IMG/VR virus record: IMGVR_UViG_3300009094_000001
Location: 8,579 to 72,578 of that record
Source of the DNA: a virus
DNA: 64,000 nt
Direction: 5' to 3' (one strand)
Position numbers and translations under genes: made by a program. Shown here piece by piece: positions 37,528 to 47,771 of the stretch. Numbering within the stretch: position 1 is the stretch's first letter; each line of letters opens with the position of its first letter. Under the pieces are notes generated by a model, which did not search any database, was not told the DNA's origin, and saw only the letters and a list, made by a program, of their open reading frames with translations.

Positions 37528-38810
37528 CGGGACGCCATCTTTTCTTTGAAAAGGTTGTCAATCGCGACAACGCTCGGGGTATTCACGTTATCCGTCACCG
37601 GATTCGACGTGCTGTCGGGCTTCGCAGACGGCGCTAGCCGCGCGGTGCTCGCGCCCTTGACCTTCTCGAATTTTTCAGTCACTTCCTTGAGGCTGGCCTC
37701 CAGCGCCTTGACCTTCTCCGTGCTCTCGACCGTCATGCGCGCAATATCCGCGCGGGCCTTCAAAAGCTGCACGTAGCCGACGGCGAGCAGGCTGCGCAAC
37801 TCAGGCGAGTTGTCGGCAACGGCTTGGGCTAAAAATTCGTTCGACTCCTTCACGAGTTTGTTGTGCGCTTCCACCGCAGTCTTCTCCGCCGGTGTTGCGC
37901 CGTCTTTGGCCTTGCGCTCCTCCAGCCATCCGAGTTGAGGGGCCAGCTCCTTTACCTTGAGTTCAACCTGCTTGTTGTGCTGCGCAACCACGTCGGTTTG
38001 GGAAGCCTGCTTGTTGCGCAGGTATTCGTCGGCGTTCGCCTTGGCTTCGGCAATGGCCTTGTTTTTCTTTTCGAGAATATTTTCGTTCTCGATGATTTTC
38101 GCGTCCACGAAACGCTTGAGCCGCCCGTCCATCTTGACGGCGTCCCAGTCCACTTCGGAAGGACCGCCCAGCGCTTTGATTTTGGCGATGTGTTCGTCGG
38201 TAAAACCGTCGGCCTTGAGCCGGGCGTAAATCGATTCTGTGTTGTCCGCAATCGTCTTATCGAAGGTCTTGAACTCCGGGTCCGCCTCTACATCAAGCTT
38301 GCTGCGAAAAGACCTCAGCTCCTTCAACTCGTTTTCGAGTTCGACCGGGACTCCGTTGCCCAGCTTCGCGGCGAGTTCGTCGCGTTCCTTTTTCAGTGCA
38401 TCGCGCTCCTGCTCCGCCGCAGCCACGCGCTCGCGCGCGAGGGTCTTGAGTTTATCAAAGGACTCGTTCGTCTTCGGCTTGCTGTATGGGGGCAGCGTAA
38501 TCGCGTCGAAATCGTCGGTTGGTTTCGCGGCGGGCTCGGGCTTCGGCTCAGCGGTCGGCTCGGTGGGCTCGGGCTTCGCGGCAGGCTCGGGCTCCGTAGT
38601 CGGCTCAGGCTTCGCAGCCGGTTCTGCCGGGGGCTCCGGCTCAGTTTTCGCGGCTGGCTCGGGCTTCGGCTCGGGGTTGGTTTTCTCGGCCGTCTTTGCG
38701 GCAATCATCTTGTCGAGTTCAGCGGCGGACTCGGGGTCAATAGAGGGCTGACTGTCAAAGCCGGGAATCGCGGACAATTCGCGGAGGTCAGAGGAGGGGG
38801 TTGCGGCCAT
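37524..38810 (-). CDS. Scaffolding protein
   Basis: Pro/Glu-rich N-terminus (PEPAAK repeats), long coiled coils; between portal and capsid genes. Confidence 0.7.
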   Translation of the reverse strand: MAATPSSDLRELSAIPGFDSQPSIDPESAAELDKMIAAKTAEKTNPEPKPEPAAKTEPEPPAEPAAKPEPTTEPEPAAKPEPTEPTAEPKPEPAAKPTDDFDAITLPPYSKPKTNESFDKLKTLARERVAAAEQERDALKKERDELAAKLGNGVPVELENELKELRSFRSKLDVEADPEFKTFDKTIADNTESIYARLKADGFTDEHIAKIKALGGPSEVDWDAVKMDGRLKRFVDAKIIENENILEKKNKAIAEAKANADEYLRNKQASQTDVVAQHNKQVELKVKELAPQLGWLEERKAKDGATPAEKTAVEAHNKLVKESNEFLAQAVADNSPELRSLLAVGYVQLLKARADIARMTVESTEKVKALEASLKEVTEKFEKVKGASTARLAPSAKPDSTSNPVTDNVNTPSVVAIDNLFKEKMASR

Positions 38811-38812
38811 AT

Positions 38813-39127
38813 TTATCGGGGGTTTGCGCCGTCCCACTTGGATTCATCGTCCAAGTCGGCATAGGCTTCTTTCGTTTGGGGTTTGGGTCGGAACTCGGCG
38901 GGCGGGTCAACGGTAAGTGAAACCAGCAAGTCGAAAATGGTCTGGGCTCCCTTCACCTCTCCCGCGCGCACGAGCGTTTTATTTTTGTGCTCGCCGTCGA
39001 GTAGGTCGGGGATATATCTGTGCAGAATGTGCAGGACCTTGTCGCCGGTTTTCCCGGAGAAAAATTCCTTGAGATTTTGCGCGTCCGTGGAATCCCAGAG
39101 GATTCCGGTCTTCGTGGGGGAGAACAT
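38813..39127 (-). CDS. Small head-assembly protein
   Basis: Directly after the portal gene, as in many podoviruses. Confidence 0.55.
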   Translation of the reverse strand: MFSPTKTGILWDSTDAQNLKEFFSGKTGDKVLHILHRYIPDLLDGEHKNKTLVRAGEVKGAQTIFDLLVSLTVDPPAEFRPKPQTKEAYADLDDESKWDGANPR

Positions 39128-39129
39128 GT

Positions 39130-41223
39130 TTAAGCGGTGGGTGGGATTTGTCCGGCGTCAATTGCGGCAGCTTCTTGTTGGGCTTGTCCGGCGACTTGGC
39201 CAATCTGGGCCTGCTGTTCGGCGAGTTGAGTCAGCTCGCCCATGATTCCTCGGAGCTTCGTCGCAACGTCCTTCGCAGGCGCGAGTGCTTCCTTCGGTGC
39301 GCCGGCAGCTTCCGCTGCTTCGATGTGCGCTTCCGCATGCTTCAACAGCGCGGTCAGCGTCGCAACCGCGTGCGGGTCCGCAGTCGCAGCCATCGCTGCG
39401 TTTTCCATCGCCGGCAGCAAAACCTGCAAATGAACGAGATGATTATCGCGCGGCGACACCGGCACCTCTGCGCCTTGGCCGACGATGATAAGCAGCTCCA
39501 ACTGCTGCTGGCGTGATTGCTCGGCGACAACAGTCGGGTCTTCGTCGGGCAGAATAACCGCCTTGGCAAATTCTTCGTTGACTTGCGCCGACACCTTACG
39601 CATCTGCAATTCTTTCTGATTATACAACGGGTTGCCGGCGGCTTCTGTCGCGGCAATGACAATCTGCTGGCGCTCCAAGTCGGTGTAATCCTTGACTGTC
39701 TCCGCCACAGGCTGCTTGGAAAGCTTGTTCAGCTCTTCGCGCGTCATGACTTTCAGCAGACGTTTCTGCATCTCCTTGGCGTCCTTTTCCGTGGTGTCCG
39801 GGTCGCACAACCTTTTCTGAATCGTCGTCATGAAGTCCGCGAACTGATTCAGAAATCGTCCGATGATGGTGTCGCGAGATTGCTCCTCGCGCGCGGCGAA
39901 CAAATCCACCTGCGCCTTGGTGACGCGCTCACCCTCGAAAACTTTCGGCGTAGTTGCGCCGGCCATCTGGTCGAGTAGCCCGGTGAGGAATGCGTCGAGC
40001 TGCAAAAACGGCTCCACACTTCCGTCCAGTTGCTTTTCGACGACGGTGAACCCGGCCCCAATGAGAATCGCGTTTCCGACGATGCTCATTTTGAAACGCT
40101 GCAACTGTTTCTCGTCGCCTTGGATGATAATCTTGCCGGAGAGATTCAGCCGGTCAACGACCTCGTTCCGCGAGCGGTCGAGAATGCCTGCCATCGCGTA
40201 GATTTCACGCCCGATTCCCTTCGACCCGTGCATCGTTCCGTTGCCCTGCTGGAAACTGAAAAACGAGACCGCGTCCGCCATGCTATCGTATTGGTCGTGG
40301 CTGACGAAAAGCTCAGCAAAACCGTGCGAGTCGAATACGTAGTGGGAAATCTTCCCGGTAATCTCCGTCGCAAACAAATGCCAAAGACACACCGCCCGCG
40401 CGCCGGCCTCGTAAGAGGTGCCGACGACGGATTCGCGAATCAGGTCCTCGTAAGCCCGCTCCGGGTCTTTCATGTCGGAGCGACGATGCTCCGGCATCGC
40501 GGCGTTGATGGACTTGACGGTTTCCTTGATGTCCCAGCCACGGGTCTGCGCTGCTTCCTTGTCGGAAATTACTATCGCAAGTTCGTGAATGAGGACTTCC
40601 TCCCGGAGCGCGACAACCTGCGCAAAGTTCGGCAGTTGCTTGGTCCCGGTCGGGATGAAAAAATGGTCCTGCCGGAAAAACTTCGGGAACCAGTGAAATT
40701 CGTCAAGCTGCGCAAGCGCCGCGTATCCGAACAGAGCGTTTTCCTGACCGAGTTCGGAGAGCATGGAACGCCAGCCGGGCCTCGCGCGGCAAGTCGTGGT
40801 GATTTCTCGACGAAAAGCTTCCGTCTTTGCGGCGGCACCCGGTTCGTCGTCGGGGAGCGAAGAGTTCGTCAGGTATTTTACGCCCTCAATCGCTTCGACA
40901 AAGCGCGGCGCAACCTTGTCGATGAGCATCGGCAAAGGTTTGCTTGTAAAATTCGTCTTCCAGCCGAGTCCCTCCGCCTCCAGCGCGGTTTGGGAGAAGG
41001 GTCGCTCGCTGTTATACTTCGCCATGATGCGCGCGTTCTTGAGATTACGCTCTTTGTTCGCGCATTCGAGAGTCGTGATGATGGATTTCGCCTGCGCTGC
41101 GTCGATGATGGACCGATTTTTCGGCTTGACCGCGTTGCTCAGGTTCGGAGACGCAATCGCGCCGACGTAATCGTTCTGGTCGTCCGTCGTCGGAGGGTAT
41201 GCAGGAAAGTCAATGGCGGGCAT
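39130..41223 (-). CDS. Portal protein
   Basis: 697 aa, helical, DNHLVHL motif near the Q-rich C-terminus; position after terminase. Confidence 0.8.
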   Translation of the reverse strand: MPAIDFPAYPPTTDDQNDYVGAIASPNLSNAVKPKNRSIIDAAQAKSIITTLECANKERNLKNARIMAKYNSERPFSQTALEAEGLGWKTNFTSKPLPMLIDKVAPRFVEAIEGVKYLTNSSLPDDEPGAAAKTEAFRREITTTCRARPGWRSMLSELGQENALFGYAALAQLDEFHWFPKFFRQDHFFIPTGTKQLPNFAQVVALREEVLIHELAIVISDKEAAQTRGWDIKETVKSINAAMPEHRRSDMKDPERAYEDLIRESVVGTSYEAGARAVCLWHLFATEITGKISHYVFDSHGFAELFVSHDQYDSMADAVSFFSFQQGNGTMHGSKGIGREIYAMAGILDRSRNEVVDRLNLSGKIIIQGDEKQLQRFKMSIVGNAILIGAGFTVVEKQLDGSVEPFLQLDAFLTGLLDQMAGATTPKVFEGERVTKAQVDLFAAREEQSRDTIIGRFLNQFADFMTTIQKRLCDPDTTEKDAKEMQKRLLKVMTREELNKLSKQPVAETVKDYTDLERQQIVIAATEAAGNPLYNQKELQMRKVSAQVNEEFAKAVILPDEDPTVVAEQSRQQQLELLIIVGQGAEVPVSPRDNHLVHLQVLLPAMENAAMAATADPHAVATLTALLKHAEAHIEAAEAAGAPKEALAPAKDVATKLRGIMGELTQLAEQQAQIGQVAGQAQQEAAAIDAGQIPPTA

Positions 41224-41232
41224 GGTCTTGTT

Positions 41233-41262
41233 AAAGGTCCGTAAAAAGGGGTCTGAGTCAAG
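41233..41262 (-). promoter_or_regulatory. Class II promoter
   Basis: CTTGACT-N15-GGACCTTT; ATG 9 nt downstream. Confidence 0.8.
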
Positions 41263-41265
41263 TAT

Positions 41266-41511
41266 TTACCGATTGGTAACTACCCACCGGTGCCGGGGGC
41301 ATTTTTCGGTCGCGAGCTGGGCTTTTAGGTCCACAAAACAGGTGCAAGCATTGCACTGGCGGATACTTGGGTCGAATTCCGGGCATTTCTCGCACGCGGC
41401 GAGTCGCTGTTTCACCGACTCATCGTCCAGCAGCAGGGGGTCGCCCTTGACGAGGGTTTTGACGACCCGACAAGCCGACTTCGCGGCGTTTTTCAGGTTC
41501 GGGAGCCTCAT
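41266..41511 (-). CDS. Small Cys-rich protein
   Basis: RLAACEKCP..QCNACTCF..K..CP..RW. Confidence 0.7.
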   Translation of the reverse strand: MRLPNLKNAAKSACRVVKTLVKGDPLLLDDESVKQRLAACEKCPEFDPSIRQCNACTCFVDLKAQLATEKCPRHRWVVTNR

Positions 41512-42098
41512 ACCTTACGCCAACAATTCGCCGGTAGCGACGGATTTGCGCTCGGGTTCTGATAAATGTGCACGCTGGTCGAGGTATCCTCCCCCAACAC
41601 ACGGCAGCCCTTCAACTTTTCGCCGATGGACGAGCTGCCGCCGAATAAAATCTGCTTGGCTGTCTTCCGCATGGCCTTGCAAGACCCGCAATTCGACGAG
41701 AGGGCCTTCTGCATCGGGCAGCCGGCGCAGATTGCTGCGCGACGACGCGCTTCTTCTCGGGAAACCGGCTGGGCTCCGCCAACTCGGCGCAGGCGAAGGA
41801 TTCCGACTAGCCATTGCACAACGGCGCGAGACGAGGCACGCGTCGATTGGTTTGCGGCAGCAACCGCGCGCTGCACCGGGGCCTCGGGTTTCGCCTCTTG
41901 GCAGTAGTCTGGTTGACGAGCGCAAACTTGGTCGAGGATTTCCTGCTCCGGGTCTCCCGGGGGTTTACCCGCGCGCTTACGATAGGACGCGACGCGCACC
42001 GCGAGGTGCTCCCACTGGTCAGCCTTGTGCTTGACGCCGTCCTCGTCGATGAAATATTTTCCGCCAATAGCGCGCAGGAATTTGTTAAACTTCTTCAT
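41508..42098 (-). CDS. Cys-rich protein
   Basis: RAAICAGCP..CGSC..GC..CW; similar pattern to the neighbouring ORF. Confidence 0.65.
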   Translation of the reverse strand: MKKFNKFLRAIGGKYFIDEDGVKHKADQWEHLAVRVASYRKRAGKPPGDPEQEILDQVCARQPDYCQEAKPEAPVQRAVAAANQSTRASSRAVVQWLVGILRLRRVGGAQPVSREEARRRAAICAGCPMQKALSSNCGSCKAMRKTAKQILFGGSSSIGEKLKGCRVLGEDTSTSVHIYQNPSANPSLPANCWRKV

Positions 42099-43987
42099 AG
42101 GTCAACCTCAGAAAACCGGTTTGTGATGTCAATGCGAACCTCGTCGCCGGAATAATAGTCCTCGTAGTCATCGCCGCCAGAAAGCGTGTTCTCGGAACTC
42201 ATGCCAAGGACAACGCCGGACGCTTTGCGGACCGCCTGCACCAGCAGGGACAACGCGTCGCAGTCGTCCGGGGACTTCCCTTGATTCCGGGACTTGTAGT
42301 CGGGCTTCGGCTCCACCTTGGAAAACTTCCCAGTCGCGCGGAATAGACGCCCGGTCATCTGCGGGTAAAGCTCGGAGGTCTCCAGCCCGGGCAGCGCTTT
42401 GAGGTATCCAAACTCAATGAACTTTCGCAGCGCGAACATCAGCTCGCTCTGCATGCGGTCGTAGAGTTTGTGCGCCACGTCGGAATCTTCCACCATGATG
42501 CGAGTCTCGGACGCGCTCTCGGAGTAGTTGACGCCGGTAATCCCGACGCCCCACTCGTATTTCATAAGGTCAAAAACCCCTTGCATGTTACCCGTTCGGT
42601 CGAGTGCCAGCCACTCTGGCGTAATTCCGAGAGATTTCGCCAGCCGCACGATTTCATTTTTCATCGCGACGGTATCGCCCTTCGGCAGGAGGAAAATCTT
42701 ATCGAGTTGCAACGCGAAGCGGGGGTATGCGCGGCCCTTGGCGTTCTTGAACATGATGATGCGCCCGTTCGGATGTTGCAGCGTCGGCGGGAACTTTATC
42801 CCGGTTGCCATGCCCCACTTCCCGGACGCGAAGCGAGCGGAGTCTCCGCCCTCCAACGCACCGTCCACGCCCCCGCACGGTCTTGGATTTTCATACCAAA
42901 TAAACTCCGCCTTGAACTCGTCCAGCATGCCGACGGGAATAATCGATAGAACGGTGCCGAGGGGCGGGAAGCATCCGCGCGCCATCGCCCAGTATCCCGG
43001 CGTGTCCGTTCCGCCAGAGTTGCGGATGATTTGATTGAACCCCTCCAAGGTCTGCAACCCCGGGAAAATAACTCTCCCGGCTTTGACGTTCTCGCTGTAT
43101 TTTGCGTCTAGGCGCACGACGAACCAGCCGCGAGTGGACCGCCACTCAAAGTGCGTGTCCGGGTCAAACGAAGGCCAGCCAAAGGGCGGCTCGCAGCGCT
43201 GCCCGACGAGGTCGTTCTGGTCCGTGGGGTTGAACGCGCCCCCGACTTTAAGTCCGTCGCCGGACATATTCGACATGATGTTGTCGAGGTCCCGATGCAC
43301 GCCGGCCGGAATGTTCGCGATTTCGTCGAGGAACACAAACAACCGGGACATCTCGCCGAAAATGGGGTGCGGGACCTTACGTGGAATGCGCTTCACGCCC
43401 TGCAATCTCCCGGCGGCTTTTTTCCCGAGAGGAATCACGACGCCGGTGATGGAGCCTTTGCGCGCCCGCTTGTCGAGACCGATGTAAAGCTTTCCGACCT
43501 CTCCCGGAAGCGGAATGGTGCTGGTTTTGTGCAGCGTGACTAAGTGCGTGAAAAGATTATCCTCCAAGTGCGTCTCGCTCGGGCCGAGGACTTTAATTGT
43601 AGTATATTCCGGGTCGCGAATCCATTGCAGAAACAGCCACACGGCGGAGGAAAAGGATTTGCCCATCGACCCCGCGCCCATGAACAGCATGAAATTGTTG
43701 TTCTCCCACGCGTCCCACACGCGCCGAACGCACTCCGGCTCTGCCGTGAATTGCGTGGGGCCCCAGAGCAGCCTCGCGGCATCCTCAAGCCCGTCGTTGT
43801 TCAGGCAATATTGCAACAAAATATTCAGGAGCGTGTATGCCTCCGCCTTTTTTGTCGGGTCTGGGACCTTGGTGCCTGTGCTGCGCACCCACTCCGCGAC
43901 GAGCTTCGCGGCTTCAAAGGGCTTGTCCGCGTGTAGCAACACGCTGACCTCGTTTACGAGCTGTTTTTGTGGTCCGTCGGGTAGCAT
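42095..43987 (-). CDS. terL: Terminase large subunit
   Basis: Walker A GAGSMGKS, Walker B VFLDE, nuclease GVDG..GGD, LDRTG, SPDDCDA; ATG at 43987 overlaps the upstream TAA. Confidence 0.9.
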   Translation of the reverse strand: MLPDGPQKQLVNEVSVLLHADKPFEAAKLVAEWVRSTGTKVPDPTKKAEAYTLLNILLQYCLNNDGLEDAARLLWGPTQFTAEPECVRRVWDAWENNNFMLFMGAGSMGKSFSSAVWLFLQWIRDPEYTTIKVLGPSETHLEDNLFTHLVTLHKTSTIPLPGEVGKLYIGLDKRARKGSITGVVIPLGKKAAGRLQGVKRIPRKVPHPIFGEMSRLFVFLDEIANIPAGVHRDLDNIMSNMSGDGLKVGGAFNPTDQNDLVGQRCEPPFGWPSFDPDTHFEWRSTRGWFVVRLDAKYSENVKAGRVIFPGLQTLEGFNQIIRNSGGTDTPGYWAMARGCFPPLGTVLSIIPVGMLDEFKAEFIWYENPRPCGGVDGALEGGDSARFASGKWGMATGIKFPPTLQHPNGRIIMFKNAKGRAYPRFALQLDKIFLLPKGDTVAMKNEIVRLAKSLGITPEWLALDRTGNMQGVFDLMKYEWGVGITGVNYSESASETRIMVEDSDVAHKLYDRMQSELMFALRKFIEFGYLKALPGLETSELYPQMTGRLFRATGKFSKVEPKPDYKSRNQGKSPDDCDALSLLVQAVRKASGVVLGMSSENTLSGGDDYEDYYSGDEVRIDITNRFSEVDL

Positions 43988-44349
43988 TAATGAACAAATC
44001 TTCCAGCTGGCTCCAGCCACTTCTCGTCGCGGGAAATAAAGGTGTGGGTGTAGGCGTCTAACTGGTAAACCAGAGCTTCCCCCCGGTCCCTCCCAAAGAA
44101 CCTTCTCATAATCCACGCAATGTCGTGGGAAACCTGACTGAGGTCGGAGTAAAAAACCATCCCCTTACATTCTTCCCAGCGGGCGAAGTCCTCGATAAAT
44201 TCGGTGCTCGGCACCCACTTCAACCAATCCTGCTTTACATTTTTCTTAAGTCGCTCGTCATCCCAGATGCACGCGAAGAAAAATCGAATAGGCTCAGCCG
44301 GCGGAGGCGGAAAAGGTTTTGTTTCCTCAGTTGTGTCGCCCAGTTCCAT
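43987..44349 (-). CDS. Hypothetical protein
   Basis: Coupled between fcl and terL. Confidence 0.55.
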   Translation of the reverse strand: MELGDTTEETKPFPPPPAEPIRFFFACIWDDERLKKNVKQDWLKWVPSTEFIEDFARWEECKGMVFYSDLSQVSHDIAWIMRRFFGRDRGEALVYQLDAYTHTFISRDEKWLEPAGRFVH

Positions 44350-45283
44350 GTCGGGTCTCCGGGTTCAGCAGGAAATCGTCGTAGGTCGCGTGAAACGCCC
44401 ACTCGGGGTTGTGACGCGGCTCCCAGCCAAGCGCGCGAATTTTCGAGTTGTCCATGATTTTTCGTAGCACGCCGACGGGTTGGCTCGGGTCGAAAACAAT
44501 CTTGCCGCGATAGCCAACGACCTTGGCCAGCGTGTGCGCGAGGCAATCAACGGACCACTCCTCTCCAGAGCCGGTGTTGATAGGTTCGTCGTCCTCGTAT
44601 TTCTGCATCACGGCGATGAGTGCGTTGGCGAGGTCGGCCGAGTAAAGCAGTTCCCGCTTCGCCGTGCCGTCGCCCCAAATCACGAACTCCGGCGCGTTCT
44701 CGCACTTCGCGCGGTGCAGTCTGGCGATAAGCCCGGGGACGAGGTGCGCGTCGTGTTCGTTGAAGTTGTCGTTTTCGCCGAAGAGATTGCAAGGCTGCGC
44801 GGAGACTACGTTCAGTTTGCCCGCGCGCCTCAAAAACTGTCCGAGGCGTATTCCGCAGAGCTTCGCCAGCGCGTAGCCTTCATTGGTTTGTTCAAGGGGT
44901 CCAGTAAGCAGGGCGGATTCTTTTATCGGCTGCTCCGCATTTTTTGGATAAATGCAGCTGCTCCCGAGGAACACCAGCTTTTCGCAGCCATACCTCGACG
45001 CGTTCAACATCACGTTCTCTTGGATGCGCAGATTATCGATGAGGAACTCCGACGGGCTCACAATATTCGCTTTGATTCCCCCAACGCGCGCGGCTGCGAG
45101 GAACACGTATTTCGGATTATGACACGAAAACCACCACTCCACCGCGACGGGGTCGCATAGGTCCACCTCGTTGCGGGGGGCCGTGAGGATGTTAGTGAAA
45201 CCCCTTTCGCGAAGTTCCCGAACGAGCGCGGAGCCGACCAGCCCACGATGCCCGGCGACAAAAATCTTTGAATCTTTTTCCAT
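44327..45283 (-). CDS. fcl: GDP-L-fucose synthase-like epimerase/reductase
   Basis: AGHRGLVGSA, LAAARVGGI, LGSSCIYP, YALAK, WGDG..RE; ATG at 45283. Confidence 0.9.
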   Translation of the reverse strand: MEKDSKIFVAGHRGLVGSALVRELRERGFTNILTAPRNEVDLCDPVAVEWWFSCHNPKYVFLAAARVGGIKANIVSPSEFLIDNLRIQENVMLNASRYGCEKLVFLGSSCIYPKNAEQPIKESALLTGPLEQTNEGYALAKLCGIRLGQFLRRAGKLNVVSAQPCNLFGENDNFNEHDAHLVPGLIARLHRAKCENAPEFVIWGDGTAKRELLYSADLANALIAVMQKYEDDEPINTGSGEEWSVDCLAHTLAKVVGYRGKIVFDPSQPVGVLRKIMDNSKIRALGWEPRHNPEWAFHATYDDFLLNPETRHGTGRHN

Positions 45284-45284
45284 G

Positions 45285-45983
45285 TTAAAAGGGGCGAATC
45301 GCTTCGATGAATTTATACTTCGGCCAATATCCGCGACTGTGCATCGCAAATCCGTAGTGAACAAGCGGGCTCGTGCGGTATCCGGCGTAATCATACAACG
45401 CGCAAACACCGTTCGTCTTTACCATCCATTCCGGCTTGGGTCGTGCAGCATCCCCGGCGACGGGATGAAACATGCGCGCAAGCATTGACAAATCATCTTG
45501 GTGGTATACATTAGAATTGTGCGCGAAGTCCAGTTCATCATATTTCCAAGAAGCGAAAAGCTCCGCGATGTCAAGAAAATGCTGGGGGATGCCGAGGACC
45601 GCGCCCATGTAAATCGACTCCGGCGGAGTGTCGCAGAGGATTTCCATTTTCCCCGGCTCCGGCGGGCGCGGGGCGAACCCATAATTAATCACATCGTAGT
45701 CGGACAAAAGCACCGGCTCGTTTACACGCTCGCCGATGACATACGCGCCAAACCAACGGAGAAAACACGCGGCGGTGTAGTCCACGGGATACGCAGTCGG
45801 CTTGGCGTAATAATGCTCCTTGAAGAATTCAAAGCGGGGGTGGTCCCGGATATGACTCTCGTCGATGACGAGCGGCTCCCAGCCGGCCTTGCGCCAACTG
45901 CGCTCCCAGATTTTGATTAGCTCACGCTGCGATTGGTCGGACCAGAGACCGGGGACAGGGACATAATACGTGATAACCTTCAC
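45285..45983 (-). CDS. Putative glycosyltransferase (DxD)
   Basis: WERSW..GW..CFLRW..LSDYDVIN; GTG start overlaps the upstream TGA. Confidence 0.6.
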   Translation of the reverse strand: MKVITYYVPVPGLWSDQSQRELIKIWERSWRKAGWEPLVIDESHIRDHPRFEFFKEHYYAKPTAYPVDYTAACFLRWFGAYVIGERVNEPVLLSDYDVINYGFAPRPPEPGKMEILCDTPPESIYMGAVLGIPQHFLDIAELFASWKYDELDFAHNSNVYHQDDLSMLARMFHPVAGDAARPKPEWMVKTNGVCALYDYAGYRTSPLVHYGFAMHSRGYWPKYKFIEAIRPF

Positions 45984-46720
45984 AATAACCTTTTCCGGGC
46001 AATTTCCAGCAAGCTGTTGTCCTTGGTTCCGTGGACCCATCGAACGCCGGCCGCGCGCAGGATATCCCACTCCGCTGGCTGGAACGTCGGACGCTTCCAG
46101 TGCGATTGAATGCCGGGGATGTTCGCCCAGCCCTTCAATTCATATTGCGGAGCTAACACCCAATCGTGTCCGCCGCCGCCCCGGATTACACTACCCGCTT
46201 GTTTCGCGAGAAAAGTCAAAAAATCCAGCTCGCCAGAAATCAGCATGCAGTCCGCGTTAATGTGGGAACCGCCTTGGCAGCGCGCATTGCCGCCGACCAT
46301 TGCGCCGGCAACTTTGACTCCATGTTTACACAGCCGGTCCCACTCGCTGTGCAAATAGAGAAGCCCGTCGTTGACGAGCGGCGCGGTGTCCGAGGCGAGA
46401 TTGAGAATGGCTTTATACTTTGGAAGCTTTCCGCCGGAGATTCCGCGCAGGCACCAGTCAATACTGCCGAAAAATAATCCGTTGCATCCCTGCGGCCATC
46501 CCGTCTCGGGACGTTGAGAAATTGCGGTGAAAACGGTGAATTTCCTTGAGACGTGGTTAATCGAAGCGGTATCGTGTTTGCAGTCCCGTCTGGCCACGAA
46601 CGCAAAATCACATGCTCCTGAGTGGACGGACTGGAGGTCCGCCAGCAGGCGCGCGAGCGTCATCGCTTGGGCCCGGTCGCCTTTCCAGTAAGACAGGAGA
46701 ATCAGGATTTTGTCGGTCAC
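45980..46720 (-). CDS. Putative glycosyltransferase-like protein
   Basis: GWPQGCN..SDTAPL..W..HIN..D..VHGTKD pattern and position inside the sugar cluster. Confidence 0.5.
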   Translation of the reverse strand: MTDKILILLSYWKGDRAQAMTLARLLADLQSVHSGACDFAFVARRDCKHDTASINHVSRKFTVFTAISQRPETGWPQGCNGLFFGSIDWCLRGISGGKLPKYKAILNLASDTAPLVNDGLLYLHSEWDRLCKHGVKVAGAMVGGNARCQGGSHINADCMLISGELDFLTFLAKQAGSVIRGGGGHDWVLAPQYELKGWANIPGIQSHWKRPTFQPAEWDILRAAGVRWVHGTKDNSLLEIARKRLL

Positions 46721-47748
46721 TATACCTTCCTCGCCATGTCAACCATCAGTTGACCGAAGTCGTTCGCGCCAGTTCCCGAGTTCGCGTGGTCTTCGATGAT
46801 TTCCAGCACTGCGCTGACCAGCTTCGGTTCGACCTTCCGGTTCAACCCGAGAATTGGACAGTCCGGCCCGAGTGGTTGCCAGTGCTCGTCATCTTCCTTC
46901 ATGTCCTCCTCAAGTTTCTCGTTGCCGACGCGGGTATAATCGTTAAAAATCTCGATGCCCGGAGAAATTTTCTTCACGAGCGCATCGATACGCAGCGGTT
47001 TCCCCATGTCAAGACAATACTTACCGGGTTTAAAGGTCAACGTGGACAGCGCGAGCCCGACCGCTTCTTTGGCGGTAACGAAAAAACGAGCCATGTCCGG
47101 GTGATTGAGGGTGAACCTCGCCCCGAGTGTTCCTCCGGCTACCTTGCGTTCGACGATTTCCACCAGCGAACCGGCTGAACCTAGCACGTTGCCGAGTCGA
47201 ATTGTCCTCGCGAGTTTGCAGTTCGCGTCAATCCACGCCTCAGCCAGCTTTTTACTCGCGCCCATGACGGTAGTCGGCTTCACTGCTTTGTCGGTGGAAA
47301 CGTAAACGAGACGAACCCCGTGCTTCTCGCACTGCCGGGCCAGCCAAATGGTCGTTTGCGTGTTGTTCGCGAAAGCCGCGCGCGGATTTGATTCCATCAG
47401 CCCGACGTGCTTGTGTGCGGCGGTGTGGAAAACGCAGTCCACGCTGCCATCTCGCAGAAGGGTTGCGACTTCCTCGGAAAGCACGTCGGCAATAATAGGG
47501 TGAATCCAGTCCTTTCCCGGCTCGTCGCGCAAGCATCGAATCAACTGAAAAATCGAGTCCTCGCCGTGCCCGAGAATGTAAACGTTATTGGGGCTTGCCT
47601 TGTTGATTCTACGAACCAGCGCGGAGCCGATAGACCCGCCGGCACCGGTGACGAGGATGTTTTTCGTCAGCAGCTCGCGGTCAATGGCTTTCTCGTCGAA
47701 GGTGTGCTCCGGCCGGCGGAGCAGGTGTGCGTAGTCTTTATCAATCAC
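46720..47748 (-). CDS. UDP-GlcNAc 4,6-dehydratase (CapD/PglF/WbpM catalytic domain only)
   Basis: TGAGGSIGS, FHTAAHKHV, STDKAV, MGASKK, GNVLGS.GS, EKLEE. Start uncertain (GTG 47748 or ATG 47805). Confidence 0.85.
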   Translation of the reverse strand: MIDKDYAHLLRRPEHTFDEKAIDRELLTKNILVTGAGGSIGSALVRRINKASPNNVYILGHGEDSIFQLIRCLRDEPGKDWIHPIIADVLSEEVATLLRDGSVDCVFHTAAHKHVGLMESNPRAAFANNTQTTIWLARQCEKHGVRLVYVSTDKAVKPTTVMGASKKLAEAWIDANCKLARTIRLGNVLGSAGSLVEIVERKVAGGTLGARFTLNHPDMARFFVTAKEAVGLALSTLTFKPGKYCLDMGKPLRIDALVKKISPGIEIFNDYTRVGNEKLEEDMKEDDEHWQPLGPDCPILGLNRKVEPKLVSAVLEIIEDHANSGTGANDFGQLMVDMARKV

Positions 47749-47771
47749 TGTATGTAAATTGAAGCAGAATT

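Noticed and set aside
28159-41244. Long + strand ORFs (e.g. 28159-29310, 37863-38864, 40030-41244)
   Set aside because: Antisense shadows of clear minus-strand structural genes in GC-rich DNA, with no motifs.
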